64,000 nt of DNA from an uncultured Lachnospiraceae bacterium (GCA_947588845.1 CANQAR010000006.1:3903-67902); one strand, 5' to 3'. Shown: positions 1 through 11,779, counted from the stretch's first letter. Translations and numbers: made by a program. The notes: a model not told the origin generated them from the letters alone.

Positions 1-77
1 TTTGAGACGAAAACAGCAGCAGAGAAGAGGGTCAGCAGCCCTGACAGATTTGCAGGACAGGAATGGGGGAAGGGGAA

Positions 78-1172
78 ATGTATTTTTATCTGCCAACGAA
101 GATTTACAGTGAAAGAGACTGTGTAAAGAACCGTGCCGATGAGTGGACCGCACTGGGCAGAAATGCGCTGATCGTGACGGGAAGAAGTTCCGCGAAGAAC
201 GGTTCTCTGGAAGATGTGGAGAATGCTCTCAAGGGGCGTGGGATAACGTATTGTATTTACAATGATATCGAGGAAAATCCGTCGATTGAGACAGTCATGA
301 AGGCCCGTGACTTTGGTCTGGAGAAACGGGTGGATTTTGTTATCGGCATTGGCGGAGGCTCACCGATGGATGCCGCGAAAGCAATCGCGCTGATGATCGC
401 GCAGAAGGAGCAGGGAGCGGATTATCTTTATCAGAAAGGATCTGACGAGGCCCTTCCGGTCGTGGAGGTGCCGACGACATGCGGAACAGGTTCAGAGGCC
501 ACGCCGAAAGCGATCCTGACGATTCACGAAAAACGCACGAAGAGCAGTATTCCTCACAACATTTTTCCCCGGTTTGCACTCGTGGATGGAAAGTATCTGC
601 GGGAAGCTCCCCGCAGTCTGCTTGTAAATACGGCGGTGGATGCGCTGGGACATTTTATCGAGAGTTATGTCAATACGAGCGCCACGGAGTACAGCAGAAT
701 GCTCTGCACATACGGAATGGGAATCTGGACCAGCTGCAAGAATGTGCTGATCGGCGCTTCTGCCGGCGACAGTGATTTCGACCGGATGATGTGTGCGTCA
801 ACGATTGCGGGGATGTCGATTGCTCACACGGGAACGACGCTTCCGCACGCGCTGAGTTATTATCTGACTTATGAAAAGGGAATTCCGCATGGAAAGGCGG
901 TCGGGTATTTCCTTCCGGGGTATCTGGCGCAGGTGCAGCCGCTTGAGAGACGGAAGGTGCTGAGTCTGATCGGATTTCCGGATATGCAGTATTTCCAGTC
1001 GTTTATCCAGAGACTGATCGGGACAATGGAAGCGGAGGATGAACTGGTCAGCAGCGCGGTGCGCGGGACGATGGCAAAGCCGGAAAAACTGAAGAATGTG
1101 CCGTACGAAGTGACGGAAGAGGTGCTGTACCGTGTCTGCAGTATGGCGGCAGGGACGATGCCTGAAAAATAA
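78..1172 (+). CDS. iron-containing (group III) alcohol dehydrogenase family protein
   Basis: ORF 63..1172. GGGSPMDAAKAIA motif and His-rich metal-site segments (DALGHFIESY, LPHALSYYL) are typical of Fe-ADH. Start moved to in-frame ATG 78 behind a GGAAGGGG RBS. Confidence 0.8.
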   Translation: MYFYLPTKIYSERDCVKNRADEWTALGRNALIVTGRSSAKNGSLEDVENALKGRGITYCIYNDIEENPSIETVMKARDFGLEKRVDFVIGIGGGSPMDAAKAIALMIAQKEQGADYLYQKGSDEALPVVEVPTTCGTGSEATPKAILTIHEKRTKSSIPHNIFPRFALVDGKYLREAPRSLLVNTAVDALGHFIESYVNTSATEYSRMLCTYGMGIWTSCKNVLIGASAGDSDFDRMMCASTIAGMSIAHTGTTLPHALSYYLTYEKGIPHGKAVGYFLPGYLAQVQPLERRKVLSLIGFPDMQYFQSFIQRLIGTMEAEDELVSSAVRGTMAKPEKLKNVPYEVTEEVLYRVCSMAAGTMPEK

Positions 1173-1236
1173 GCCCGTATGCCAGAACCTCTCGAACTGG
1201 GAGACAGTGGCGGCATACATTAGAAAGGTACAGGAA

Positions 1237-2181
1237 ATGAAAGGCGAAAACAGTGCAGTTATGGAAACGCTTGTAAAAGAAATTCTGGAAAGTTACAAAG
1301 CTTACCCGGAGACCTGCAGCATCGGTACAAAAAACAGGCTGAACAAGGATACGATCCTCGATATTCTTGAAGAGATCCGATGTGTGGTTTTTCCAGGATA
1401 TTTTGAGCTGAAAGGGCTGAACCGGGACTCGATCGAGTATCATGTCGGGGAACTTCTGGAAGATATTCATTACAGGCTGAGAAAACAGGTCACGAAAGCG
1501 CTCTCGCATACGGAGAACGGAGAACCTGTGGATAATGAAGAAGCCAGAGAAAAGGCGGATTGGATTGTGACGTCGTTTCTAAAAAGGATTCCGGCGCTGC
1601 GGGAGATTCTTGCCACGGATGTGCAGGCTGCCTACGACGGCGACCCGGCGGCATTTAACACGGAGGAGGTCATATTTTCCTATCCGGGAGTTTTTGCGAT
1701 TACGGTGAACAGGATCGCGCATGAGCTTCACGTGATGGGTGTGCCGCTGATTCCGAGGATTATGACGGAATATGCGCACAACCTGACAGGAATTGACATA
1801 CATCCCGGAGCGCAGATTGGAAGCTACTTTTTTATTGACCATGGAACGGGAGTGGTCATCGGTGAGACGACGGAGATTGGAAAGCATGCCAAGATCTATC
1901 AGGGAGTTACGCTCGGCGCGCTTTCGACGCGCGGCGGCCAGTCCCTGCGCCATACCAAGCGTCACCCGACGCTTGAAGATAATGTAACAGTATACTCCGG
2001 GGCATCCATTCTGGGAGGAGAAACCGTGATCGGCGAAGGAGCCATTATCGGTTCCAACGCGTTTATCACTTCGTCAGTTCCCAGAGGAACCCGCGTCAGT
2101 ATAAAGAACCCGGAGCTCCAGTTCAAGGGCGGAATACAGATGGCCGAGCTTGGACAGGAAGGCTTCTGGGGAAATGAGTAA
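1237..2181 (+). CDS. cysE: serine O-acetyltransferase (long N-terminal form)
   Basis: ORF 1132..2181. Left-handed beta-helix hexapeptide core (GIDIHPGAQIGSYFFIDHGTGVVIGETTEIGKHAKIYQGVTLGA) is characteristic of SAT. Start placed at in-frame ATG 1237 so it does not overlap the ADH gene. Confidence 0.8.
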   Translation: MKGENSAVMETLVKEILESYKAYPETCSIGTKNRLNKDTILDILEEIRCVVFPGYFELKGLNRDSIEYHVGELLEDIHYRLRKQVTKALSHTENGEPVDNEEAREKADWIVTSFLKRIPALREILATDVQAAYDGDPAAFNTEEVIFSYPGVFAITVNRIAHELHVMGVPLIPRIMTEYAHNLTGIDIHPGAQIGSYFFIDHGTGVVIGETTEIGKHAKIYQGVTLGALSTRGGQSLRHTKRHPTLEDNVTVYSGASILGGETVIGEGAIIGSNAFITSSVPRGTRVSIKNPELQFKGGIQMAELGQEGFWGNE

Positions 2182-2336
2182 GTCAGCAAAAAGCAGAGCT
2201 TTTTAAGTCTGACGGGAAGTTCATTCGTCAGCAGGGATGGACTTTACAGAAGAAAGACAGAATCGACAGATTCTGGAATGTTGTGGGAATCGGAAGATTT
2301 TTCACACAAAGCAATCAGAAAGGGAGGCAGAATCGT

Positions 2337-2492
2337 ATGAAGGACAGGAAGGAACAGACAGGAAAGACAGAAAAAGAGGCTGAGGTAAGGCCGGACGGAC
2401 AACAGGGGAAGGTAAGCGAGACCTGGGCGGAGGAGACGATTGCCGATCTGGATGATTTTATTGAATCGCAGGGAATCTATATCCGGCAGTAA
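2337..2492 (+). CDS. small acidic hypothetical protein (51 aa)
   Basis: In-frame ATG 2337 lies 9 nt after a strong AGGGAGG RBS inside ORF 2283..2492. No recognisable family. Confidence 0.35.
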   Translation: MKDRKEQTGKTEKEAEVRPDGQQGKVSETWAEETIADLDDFIESQGIYIRQ

Positions 2493-2564
2493 CGAGAAAA
2501 CCGCAAAGCGGCGAAAAATCAGAAGAAGAGCGAAGAAAAGCCACGCTGCCGCAGGCGTGCGAAT

Positions 2565-2605
2565 GTGCCCGCGAAATCCGCAGGTTTTGTGAGACTCGCG
2601 GGCAC
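2565..2605. terminator. hairpin between convergent genes (possible bidirectional terminator)
   Basis: GTGCCCGCGA (2565-2574) pairs with TCGCGGGCAC (2596-2605). The loop is large (21 nt) and there is no clean U-tract. Confidence 0.35.
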
Positions 2606-2613
2606 ATCCTTTG

Positions 2614-3552
2614 TCAGCGGAGAAAGAGTTCCGCCGCATAGACAAGGACCGGGATCGTGGCCAGCGACAGCAGCGTGGTGAACGCGTAAATCTCCGAGGC
2701 ATAACGGTAATTTTTGTGAAATTTCAGTGCAAAAGCAGTCCCGGTTGCGCCTGTGGGACAGGCCACGGCGATCAGGATTGTCAAAGCCACATTAAAGCTG
2801 ACCGGCAGGACTGCGAGTATCGGCAGCGTGACCAGCGGGATCAGCAGAAGCTTCAGCGCGGATAAGAAATAGATCCGCGCATTTTTCAGCATTTTCAGAA
2901 GATCTGTCTGCGCGACGGAAATCCCTGCGATCAGCATTGCGAGCGGTGTGTTCATGCCTGCTACATAGTTAATGGCGTCTGACGGCACCTGAGGGATTTT
3001 TATCCGTCCAAAGAAAAGAATCAGTCCTGTGAGGCAGGCAATAACCATGGGAGAGAGCAGTCCTTTTTTCAGTTGTGCGAGCGAAAACCGGCCGGTGATA
3101 AGGCCGATTCCGTGTGTCCACGAAAAGATATTGAAAACGGTCATGTAGGCAGTCAGATAGAGCACGCCTTCCTCTCCGAGAATGCTCTGGACCAGCGGGA
3201 TTCCGATGAAGCCGCAGTTGGAGTACACACAGGAGAAACGTTCAAGCAGGTAGTCCTCGCTGCCGCCTGCGGTATTTCCGCCGCTTTTTCGAATCAGAAA
3301 ATGCGAGAGGAAGATTGCGAGCAGGTGTGTCACAATGGCCAGCAGGTAGGAAATGATCAGACCGTTGACGAGTTCCGGCCTGCAGTCTGTCTGCAAAGCT
3401 GTGATTGCGACCATCGGGTTGACGACCAGGAGAAGCAGATTGGCAAGCATTTTGTTCCCGGCCTCATCCACGAGCTTCAGGCGGTAACAGAGACAGCCGA
3501 GGAGCAGGATCAGAAGCATTTTTATGATCTGGTTTATGATTAGAATTACCAT
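2614..3552 (-). CDS. AEC (auxin efflux carrier) family transporter
   Basis: 312-aa polytopic membrane protein with about 10 hydrophobic segments. Sequence style matches the AEC/malate-permease-like family. Confidence 0.75.
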   Translation of the reverse strand: MVILIINQIIKMLLILLLGCLCYRLKLVDEAGNKMLANLLLLVVNPMVAITALQTDCRPELVNGLIISYLLAIVTHLLAIFLSHFLIRKSGGNTAGGSEDYLLERFSCVYSNCGFIGIPLVQSILGEEGVLYLTAYMTVFNIFSWTHGIGLITGRFSLAQLKKGLLSPMVIACLTGLILFFGRIKIPQVPSDAINYVAGMNTPLAMLIAGISVAQTDLLKMLKNARIYFLSALKLLLIPLVTLPILAVLPVSFNVALTILIAVACPTGATGTAFALKFHKNYRYASEIYAFTTLLSLATIPVLVYAAELFLR

Positions 3553-3733
3553 AATGAAATAACCTCTTTTCGGGTAAAGTTTTTATAAGATTTATCATAT
3601 TTTTCGGAAAATGTCTACTGAAATTTGAAGCTTACTGTTCATTTCCCTGCAGGTCGTGATACTGTTCACTCTGTGACCAGTAACAACGCTTCGCGGTACA
3701 AAGACAGTCCGGCAAATGGAAGGAGCGAGAAGA

Positions 3734-4417
3734 ATGAAGATCATACTGGCGTCTGGCTCTCCGAGGCGAAAGGAGCTTCTGGAGCAGATCGGACTGAAAT
3801 TTGAAGTGATTCCGGCAAGGGGAGAGGAGATCATCACAAAGACGATTCCGTCGGAAATTGTGTGTGAGCTTTCCCGGCAGAAAGCGGAGGAAGTTGCGGC
3901 CAGGGTCATGCCCGCGCCCGGCGCGTCAGCGGCCAGGGAAAGCTCGGAAGAAGAGTCAGGGAACCGGAAAGCCGTGTCTGAGCCCGGCGCGTCAGCCCGG
4001 GATGCGGCAAAGGATGCCGGCCATGAAGCGCAGGTCATCATAGGAGCGGACACAGTCGTCTGTCTTGACGGCAGAGTGATGGGCAAGCCTGCCGACAGGG
4101 AATCCGCCATCAGGATGCTGGAAGAACTTCAGGGAAGAAAGCATTCGGTATATACCGGGGTTACCGTGCTGGTCAGAAAACCGGGGCAGGAGATGATCCG
4201 CCATACGTTTTTCTGCGAGACGAAAGTGGAAATTTATCCGATGGAGCAATGTGACATTGAGGAGTATACAGACACGGGAGATCCCATGGACAAAGCGGGA
4301 GCCTACGGGATTCAGGGGTGTTTTGCCGCGTGGGTCAAGGCAATTGAGGGAGACTACAATAATGTGGTGGGGCTGCCGGTGTCGGCGCTGTGGCAGGTAT
4401 TGAAGAATTACCGGTAA
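3734..4417 (+). CDS. maf: Maf-like nucleoside triphosphate pyrophosphatase (septum formation protein) with internal low-complexity insert
   Basis: MKIILASGSPRRKELLEQIGLKFEVIP N-terminus and a GAYGIQG motif near the C-terminus. AAGGAG RBS before ATG 3734. A roughly 45-aa Ala/Ser/Glu-rich insert lies at about 3893-4030. Confidence 0.85.
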   Translation: MKIILASGSPRRKELLEQIGLKFEVIPARGEEIITKTIPSEIVCELSRQKAEEVAARVMPAPGASAARESSEEESGNRKAVSEPGASARDAAKDAGHEAQVIIGADTVVCLDGRVMGKPADRESAIRMLEELQGRKHSVYTGVTVLVRKPGQEMIRHTFFCETKVEIYPMEQCDIEEYTDTGDPMDKAGAYGIQGCFAAWVKAIEGDYNNVVGLPVSALWQVLKNYR

Positions 4418-4546
4418 AACAAAAATGAAAACATTCATGCCTTGTGCTGCAGGGCATGAATGTCTGTGAGAAAGATTTGATGTTTCTGCGGCGCAAATCT
4501 GACGCGGCAAACGGGCAGAGCGAAAACCGGTTTTCGTCTGCCGGTA

Positions 4547-5302
4547 TTATTCATAGTAGACATCGACGAGAAACAGGCCGTGCGGCGGAGCTGTGAATCC
4601 CGCGGCGGAGCGGTCTTTTTCCTCAATAATGGAAGGGATCATCGAAGGCATCAGATCTCCTGTTCCGGCTTCGATCAGCGTGCCGGTCAGGATGCGCACC
4701 ATATGATAGAGGAATCCATCCCCGTGGTACCGGATGCGGAGTATGCCGTCCTGCAGATCCATTGAGATATCAAAGATGGTACGCTCGGTGGATTTTTTCA
4801 TCTGCGGATTGTCACAGAAACTTTTAAAGTCATGTGTGCCGATCAGATATTTTGCAGCTTCCCGCATGCGCTCGATATTCAGCGGATCTTCCATACGCAG
4901 CAGATAGCGGCGCTCGAATATGTTGGCGACCTCTCCGCAGTCAATACGGTATTCGTAGAGTTTGCCGACGGCCGACAGTCTGGCGTGAAAGCGCTCGCTG
5001 GCTTTCTCGACAGCGAGGACACGGATATCTTTGGGCAGTTCAGAGTTCAGGAACTGCTGAATCTGCTGACAGGAGTAGCGGCTCAGAAGCCGTGGAATCC
5101 GGTAATTGGCGATCTGCCGCAGCGCATGGACGCCGGCGTCTGTGCGTCCGGAACCGTTCAGATCCACAGGCTCGCCGTACAGATCTTCGAGGAGGGATTC
5201 CAGCTTTTCCTGAATTGTGTTTGGAGTATTGCCCTGACGCTGCCAGCCATTGTATCTGGAGCCGTCATATTGAATCATAAGACAAAAATTCGCCATAATC
5301 AT
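4547..5302 (-). CDS. truA: tRNA pseudouridine(38-40) synthase
   Basis: YDGSRYNGWQRQ and GRTDAGVHA catalytic-Asp motifs. The start may instead be the second ATG (5296). Confidence 0.9.
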   Translation of the reverse strand: MIMANFCLMIQYDGSRYNGWQRQGNTPNTIQEKLESLLEDLYGEPVDLNGSGRTDAGVHALRQIANYRIPRLLSRYSCQQIQQFLNSELPKDIRVLAVEKASERFHARLSAVGKLYEYRIDCGEVANIFERRYLLRMEDPLNIERMREAAKYLIGTHDFKSFCDNPQMKKSTERTIFDISMDLQDGILRIRYHGDGFLYHMVRILTGTLIEAGTGDLMPSMIPSIIEEKDRSAAGFTAPPHGLFLVDVYYE

Positions 5303-5530
5303 TTCCTTTCTTTATGTCTTTATGCCCGCGGCAGCGGATTAGCTGCTGTTCATTCCCCCATCGAGCTCGAGGTGGGAGAATGAACTGTAACGCGGATTAG
5401 CATGTGCCTGCAGCGAGGTTGTTGACTGCTGTAAAAACATCCGGGAACAACAGGGAAGATGCCTGCTGAAACGACCCCGCGGATCCCAGGCAGGATTTCA
5501 CGCCGGTCTGGACAGAGACCGCACTGCAGG

Positions 5531-6325
5531 TCAGGCAGTCAGCCGCTTGAAGATGCCATACTGATTTACTGTTCCGATTAGGGTATATCCCATGCTTTCC
5601 ATACCGGCCGCGTCGAAATTCTCCGGTATGGCGACCGAAATGAAGCTGCATTCTTTGGAGGCCGCAAGTTCTGCGATCCGTCCGTAATCGGGCGCCTCGG
5701 CGTTGATTGCCTGATACAGAGAACGGCTGTCGCGGTCGAGCGAGCCCTTTGTGCGCCGTCCGTACGGCATGATAATGGAAGGATCGTAGACCCGGACGTA
5801 GGAGGCGACATGGTCATCTGCGGCAAGACAGATTTCAACTCCTTCTTCCGAATTTTCCTGGATGAGGTTGCAGATATTGGCGACTTCATCCGGAACTTTC
5901 TGGTAGTTGTATGTTCTGGTATAATTACCGGAATGCAGCAGACTGTTTGCGCAGATAACCGCGGCGCTGATAAATACAAGGATCAGGCCGGAGTGCAGGA
6001 AATCCGCAGGTTTGTCCTCGGGGAATTCCGCGCCGGCGAGAGCGATGACCGGTGTGACGGGGAGAAGCCAGAGAACTCTCCAGTAAACGGTCTCACCGAT
6101 ACATTTTTGGATAAAGGCCGCGGTGAGAGGACAGATAAACAAAAACAAAGTGGCAAGGAGGTACAGAAGCACCTGCTGTACACTTCTTTTTTTGCGCTTC
6201 CAGCCGATCAGGTAGATGCTTGCGGCCAGAAGCAGATACTGGAAGGATCCGTCCCCCCAGTAAAGTTTCCAGTTGGTGACAATCCAGTTAATGCTTTCTC
6301 TCATAAAACGTTTGCCTCCGATCAT
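5531..6325 (-). CDS. membrane-anchored hypothetical protein (N-terminal TM segments, soluble C-terminal domain)
   Basis: Part of ORF 5531..6523. ATG 6325 overlaps the stop of the upstream gene as ATGA, and a second candidate start at 6304 follows a GGAGG. Hydrophobic N-terminal third. Confidence 0.5.
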   Translation of the reverse strand: MIGGKRFMRESINWIVTNWKLYWGDGSFQYLLLAASIYLIGWKRKKRSVQQVLLYLLATLFLFICPLTAAFIQKCIGETVYWRVLWLLPVTPVIALAGAEFPEDKPADFLHSGLILVFISAAVICANSLLHSGNYTRTYNYQKVPDEVANICNLIQENSEEGVEICLAADDHVASYVRVYDPSIIMPYGRRTKGSLDRDSRSLYQAINAEAPDYGRIAELAASKECSFISVAIPENFDAAGMESMGYTLIGTVNQYGIFKRLTA

Positions 6326-7368
6326 GCTTTCAGCACAAACAGATAGATAACTCCAAGGATCAGCGACGGCATGCAGCACAAAATACCCTGCAGAAGGCGT
6401 TTCGGATTTTTGAATCTGAAAAGGGCAAAAAGAAGGAAAATGCCCTGCACCAGCGGAGCCAGCAGGATCCCCATGGAGGACAGCAGGCAGCAGGAAGTGT
6501 TGGCCAGAAACAGCAGCAGCCACGGGTATTCAGGCTTCTCTTCCATCACGATGGAGAGGGAAAGGAAGAACAGCAGGGGCAGAAACGCGGACGCAAGCAG
6601 CGCTTTTCCCTGCCAGATGCGGACCATCTGGAAAGTTCCGGCATTGTAGACGGAATAGGAAGTAAAACAGTTCAGCGCCGCCGCAAGGAACAGGAAGATC
6701 CCGCGTCTCATGCTGTCGCTGCGGAACCATCGGCGTCCGATCTGATACAGAACCATATAGGACAGCATCTGAAAAACGGGCGGAAAAACGGTATGCGCCG
6801 TTATTGCGGGGTGAAGGCCGCCGCAGAGCTGGCTGATGACTGCCAGAAATATGGGAAACGGCGAGAGGATATACCTGCTCGGGATATAGTTTCCATAGGA
6901 AAATCCGGTATACGGATTGATCGCAAAAATGCTGTCTGTCTGGACGGCGGTGGTGGCTGTCGCAACGTAAAAAGCGTCGTCCGCGTCAAAATGCGTATAT
7001 ACCACGAGGATGCACATCTGCATGAATATGAGTATCAGAGCGCACCAGAAATAAGGCGACGCCTCGCGGACGCTGCATTTTATATCTTCTGCCAGTCTGC
7101 CGGCCTGTTTTCTGAGACATATAATTCCGCACAGGGCAGCCAGCCCGGCAGCGGCGGCATAGCACTGTACAAGAACATGCAGAGAAGTCCGCAGATAATA
7201 CGCCGCAAGGATCATGACCTCGGCCAGGGCAAACAAAAACAGGTAGCCTGTCAGGAAGCATTCGCCCGGCGTATAGCGGTCTTTTTTTCTTAAAAACGGG
7301 ACGCCGGAAGCGGCAGGAACGATGATAAGCCAGAATCCGGCAAGTATCCCTTTTATAAGCAGATTCAT
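6322..7368 (-). CDS. polytopic membrane protein, possibly GT-C-like (DUF6077-like)
   Basis: Part of ORF 6322..7434. ATG 7368 lies 7 nt after GGAGG. About 10 TM segments with an acidic loop motif HFDADDAFY after the early TMs. Confidence 0.55.
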   Translation of the reverse strand: MNLLIKGILAGFWLIIVPAASGVPFLRKKDRYTPGECFLTGYLFLFALAEVMILAAYYLRTSLHVLVQCYAAAAGLAALCGIICLRKQAGRLAEDIKCSVREASPYFWCALILIFMQMCILVVYTHFDADDAFYVATATTAVQTDSIFAINPYTGFSYGNYIPSRYILSPFPIFLAVISQLCGGLHPAITAHTVFPPVFQMLSYMVLYQIGRRWFRSDSMRRGIFLFLAAALNCFTSYSVYNAGTFQMVRIWQGKALLASAFLPLLFFLSLSIVMEEKPEYPWLLLFLANTSCCLLSSMGILLAPLVQGIFLLFALFRFKNPKRLLQGILCCMPSLILGVIYLFVLKA

Positions 7369-7699
7369 ATAAAACCTCCGGAATGATAATTTCCTGTTGT
7401 TCTTAAAGATAGCAAGGATTGTCGAAAAAAGCAAGACGTTCTTTCTGGAAAGGAAATAAGGAAATGCCAGAAGGACATAATAATTCCTGACAATGATAGT
7501 TGATGATTAAAAAAATTTCATTTATACTGGTAAAAGTGCGGGCCGGTCTGTCTGTGCAAAAGCGCGGGAAAAGGCTGTGCCTGCGAAAGAGAACAAAGTG
7601 AGTTTCGTGAATTGATGTGGAGGCGGGACGGGGGACGAGCCTGCGGCAGTGAGGGAAACTCGCGGATGAGTTCCGAATTTTTACATGGGAGGAACTGGT

Positions 7700-8278
7700 A
7701 TGGGAACCAGTAAAGAGAACAGTATTGAAATCGGGGAAGAAAATTTGCGAAATATGGTGGAGGAAAAACTGCAGGAGCTTCCGGTTGTCCAGTATGCGTG
7801 GCTTGAGGAGAGAGAAATTCCCTTTTCCGGGCGTGTCAGGGAGATCTGTCAGAGCGAGTGTCCGCGTTACGGCACGAGCTGGTCCTGCCCGCCGGGAGTC
7901 GGAACGGTAGAGGAATGCAGAGACAGGTGCGCCGGTTTTCCGGGGGCATTTGTCTTCACAACGATCGCGGAGGTCATGGACGCGGCCGATATGGAGGAGA
8001 CTCTGGCGACCAGAGGAGCTCACGAGGAGGTCACAAAAGAGATCCGTGAAATTTTCAGGAAGGCAGGCTGCAGGACGCTGGCGCTTTCTGCTGATTCCTG
8101 CGCAATCTGTGACAAATGCGCGTATCCTGACGCTCCGTGCCGTCATCCGGAGAGAATGCTTCCCTGCCTTGAGAGCTACGGAATTATTGTGCCGGAACTG
8201 GCGCAGAAAGCGGGGATTGAGTTTATGAACGGGGCGAATATCGTGACCTGGTTCGGCGTGATTCTGTTCACAAAATAA
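7700..8278 (+). CDS. DUF2284-type predicted metal-binding protein
   Basis: Cys motifs CPRYGTSWSCPP and CAICDKCAYPDAPC. GGGAGG RBS before ATG 7700. Confidence 0.7.
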   Translation: MGTSKENSIEIGEENLRNMVEEKLQELPVVQYAWLEEREIPFSGRVREICQSECPRYGTSWSCPPGVGTVEECRDRCAGFPGAFVFTTIAEVMDAADMEETLATRGAHEEVTKEIREIFRKAGCRTLALSADSCAICDKCAYPDAPCRHPERMLPCLESYGIIVPELAQKAGIEFMNGANIVTWFGVILFTK

Positions 8279-8476
8279 ACACAAAATCACCACAAATGAA
8301 CCATATATTAATCACAAATCTGTCAAAAGACGCAGGTATACTACGAGCTATAAAAACAAAGGAAACGAAGGACAGAAAATATTTCAGATGATACCTTGAA
8401 AGGCAGCGCAGGAACAGGCTGCCGGGAAAAGGATGAAAATAAACTGTCCCGCAGAAATAAAAGGAGGTCCTGAATT

Positions 8477-9673
8477 ATGAAGAAAAGAACAGTGGTTTCA
8501 TTATTGTGTGCAGGTATCGTGACAGCAGGAACGATCGCGGGAGTGACTGGTTTTGCGGAAGATGGGAGCGGTGAAGATTTCACGCTTCTCTCCACAGCAG
8601 ATGTTGAAAGCACAGAGGTACCGGAGGATGGCACGATCACAGGAGTTTCCGCCGTGGCACAGGCCATGATGCCGGCGGCCGTCTCGATCACGAACAAATC
8701 CGTGGAAGAAGTGATGGATATCTACAGCATGTTCGGCTTTTATGGATATGGATACGGTTCCCAGCCGCGGACGAGAGAATATGAGAGCGTCAGCGCAGGT
8801 TCCGGCATCATCATCGGCAAGAGCGATACGGAGCTTCTGATCTGCACGAACTATCATGTGGTCGAGGGAGCGACAGAACTGTCAGTAGGTTTTGTGGACG
8901 ATGAAGTTGCGGAAGCGGTTGTGAAGGGAACGGATGAATCCAACGACCTGGCTGTAGTGGCGGTGAACCTCGAGGACATCAAGGATGATACGCTTGATCA
9001 GATCCGCATCGCTCAGATCGGAAGCTCGGATGATCTGCTTGTCGGCGAGCAGGTGGTTGCAATCGGCAACGCGCTCGGTTATGGCCAGTCTGTGACGACC
9101 GGTATCGTGAGCGCTCTTGACCGTCAGATTGATCTGGACGGCTATACGGCGGCTCTGATTCAGACGGACGCTGCGATTAACCCGGGCAACAGCGGCGGCG
9201 CGCTGGTCGATATGCAGGGAAGAGTCATCGGAATCAACTCGGCAAAGGCAGCGTCAAACGGCGTGGAAGGCATGGGTTATGCAATCCCGATTTCCTATGC
9301 AGAACCGATTCTTGAGGATCTGATGAACAAGAAGACGAGAACGGAAGTTGTGGATGACAGTGAGAGCGCGTACATCGGAATCACAGGAGAAGGCGTGACA
9401 AGCGAAGCAACAGCGCTTTACGGAATTCCGCAGGGTATCTGCGTTACATCTGTTGGGGAAGGAACACCGGCCGAGAAGGCAGGAATCCGCAAAGGTGATG
9501 TTATCACGAAGTTTGATGGAAACGGAGTCAGCGACATGGAAGGACTGCGTGACATGCTTGCGTACTATGCGGCAGGCGAGACGGTCAAGATGACAGTCAA
9601 GCAGGCTCAGAATGGGGAGTATGTCGAGGATCAGGTTGAGATCACGCTCGGTGCGGCCGCGGATTATCAATGA
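8477..9673 (+). CDS. htrA: HtrA/DegP-family serine protease with PDZ domain
   Basis: N-terminal TM/signal segment. Catalytic triad context TNYHVV, NDLAVV and GNSGGAL. C-terminal PDZ-like segment (GIRKGDVITKFDG). AAAGGAGG RBS. Confidence 0.85.
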   Translation: MKKRTVVSLLCAGIVTAGTIAGVTGFAEDGSGEDFTLLSTADVESTEVPEDGTITGVSAVAQAMMPAAVSITNKSVEEVMDIYSMFGFYGYGYGSQPRTREYESVSAGSGIIIGKSDTELLICTNYHVVEGATELSVGFVDDEVAEAVVKGTDESNDLAVVAVNLEDIKDDTLDQIRIAQIGSSDDLLVGEQVVAIGNALGYGQSVTTGIVSALDRQIDLDGYTAALIQTDAAINPGNSGGALVDMQGRVIGINSAKAASNGVEGMGYAIPISYAEPILEDLMNKKTRTEVVDDSESAYIGITGEGVTSEATALYGIPQGICVTSVGEGTPAEKAGIRKGDVITKFDGNGVSDMEGLRDMLAYYAAGETVKMTVKQAQNGEYVEDQVEITLGAAADYQ

Positions 9674-9785
9674 AACAATCCGTGAGGGCTTTTGAAATCA
9701 GCAGGCCCGGTCTCTATGAAGGAGCCGGAGACAAGCTTGCTTGTCGGAAGGCGCCTGCATAAGAGACGCTTGAATGTGTGAGCAA

Positions 9786-9827
9786 AACCGCCGCGGAGAA
9801 TATCCGCGGCGGTTCTTTGTTGTTTTT
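9786..9827 (+). terminator. Rho-independent terminator after htrA
   Basis: AACCGCCGCGG / CCGCGGCGGTT stem with a 7-nt loop, followed by CTTTGTTGTTTTT. Confidence 0.7.
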
Positions 9828-9885
9828 GCTGTATATTTATGCGGAAAGCGAGGATAATTTTGTGCGGTAAAGCGTTAAAAAATAA

Positions 9886-11295
<1,410 letters not shown>

Positions 11296-11779
11296 TAAAT
11301 ATTGCGGAGATTTGCGGGAAACTTCCACGCCCGTGCTGTGGGCAATACGATGGATGGAAGATGACTGCCTGGCTGTTCTGCAGCTCATGCAATCACTGTC
11401 AGTATTTGCAAAAAGCAGAAAAAGAAAAGATATGCCGTCCGGCTGCAGAGATGTGGCTGGGCGGTGTTTTTCGTTACAGGAAATTCTGCCGGATTTTGGG
11501 ATTGTATCTGTTCAGTTCCGTTAAATTGTGATATCATAATACTGGGGTCTCAATGTCATGCTTTTCCATGTGAACATGGAACGCATAACCTTTCGGCCCT
11601 GGCATCATATCATGGAAAACGGATACGGTTGCGGGTTTCCCGAATCTGACAGAGGGGGAAGCTGGCGGTTACTGCTCGCGCCGCAAAGCATTGCTGCTGG
11701 TCACGAAGTGAACAGAAACGTTTGGCGGACATTCATGCCCTGGCAGGCAGGACAGCACCATGGATAGGGGGACAGAGGA

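Noticed and set aside
7403-8293. 296-aa minus-strand ORF.
   Set aside because: It is antisense to the DUF2284 gene and its upstream region, with no RBS and biased composition.
11500-11779. A NiCo (czcD) or cobalamin riboswitch in the leader upstream of GNAT-larB.
   Set aside because: Only short ACAG and GGCGG words are present. I could not fold a convincing four-way junction or find a B12 box, and the downstream genes are not the usual regulated transporters. It is kept only as an open question in the findings.
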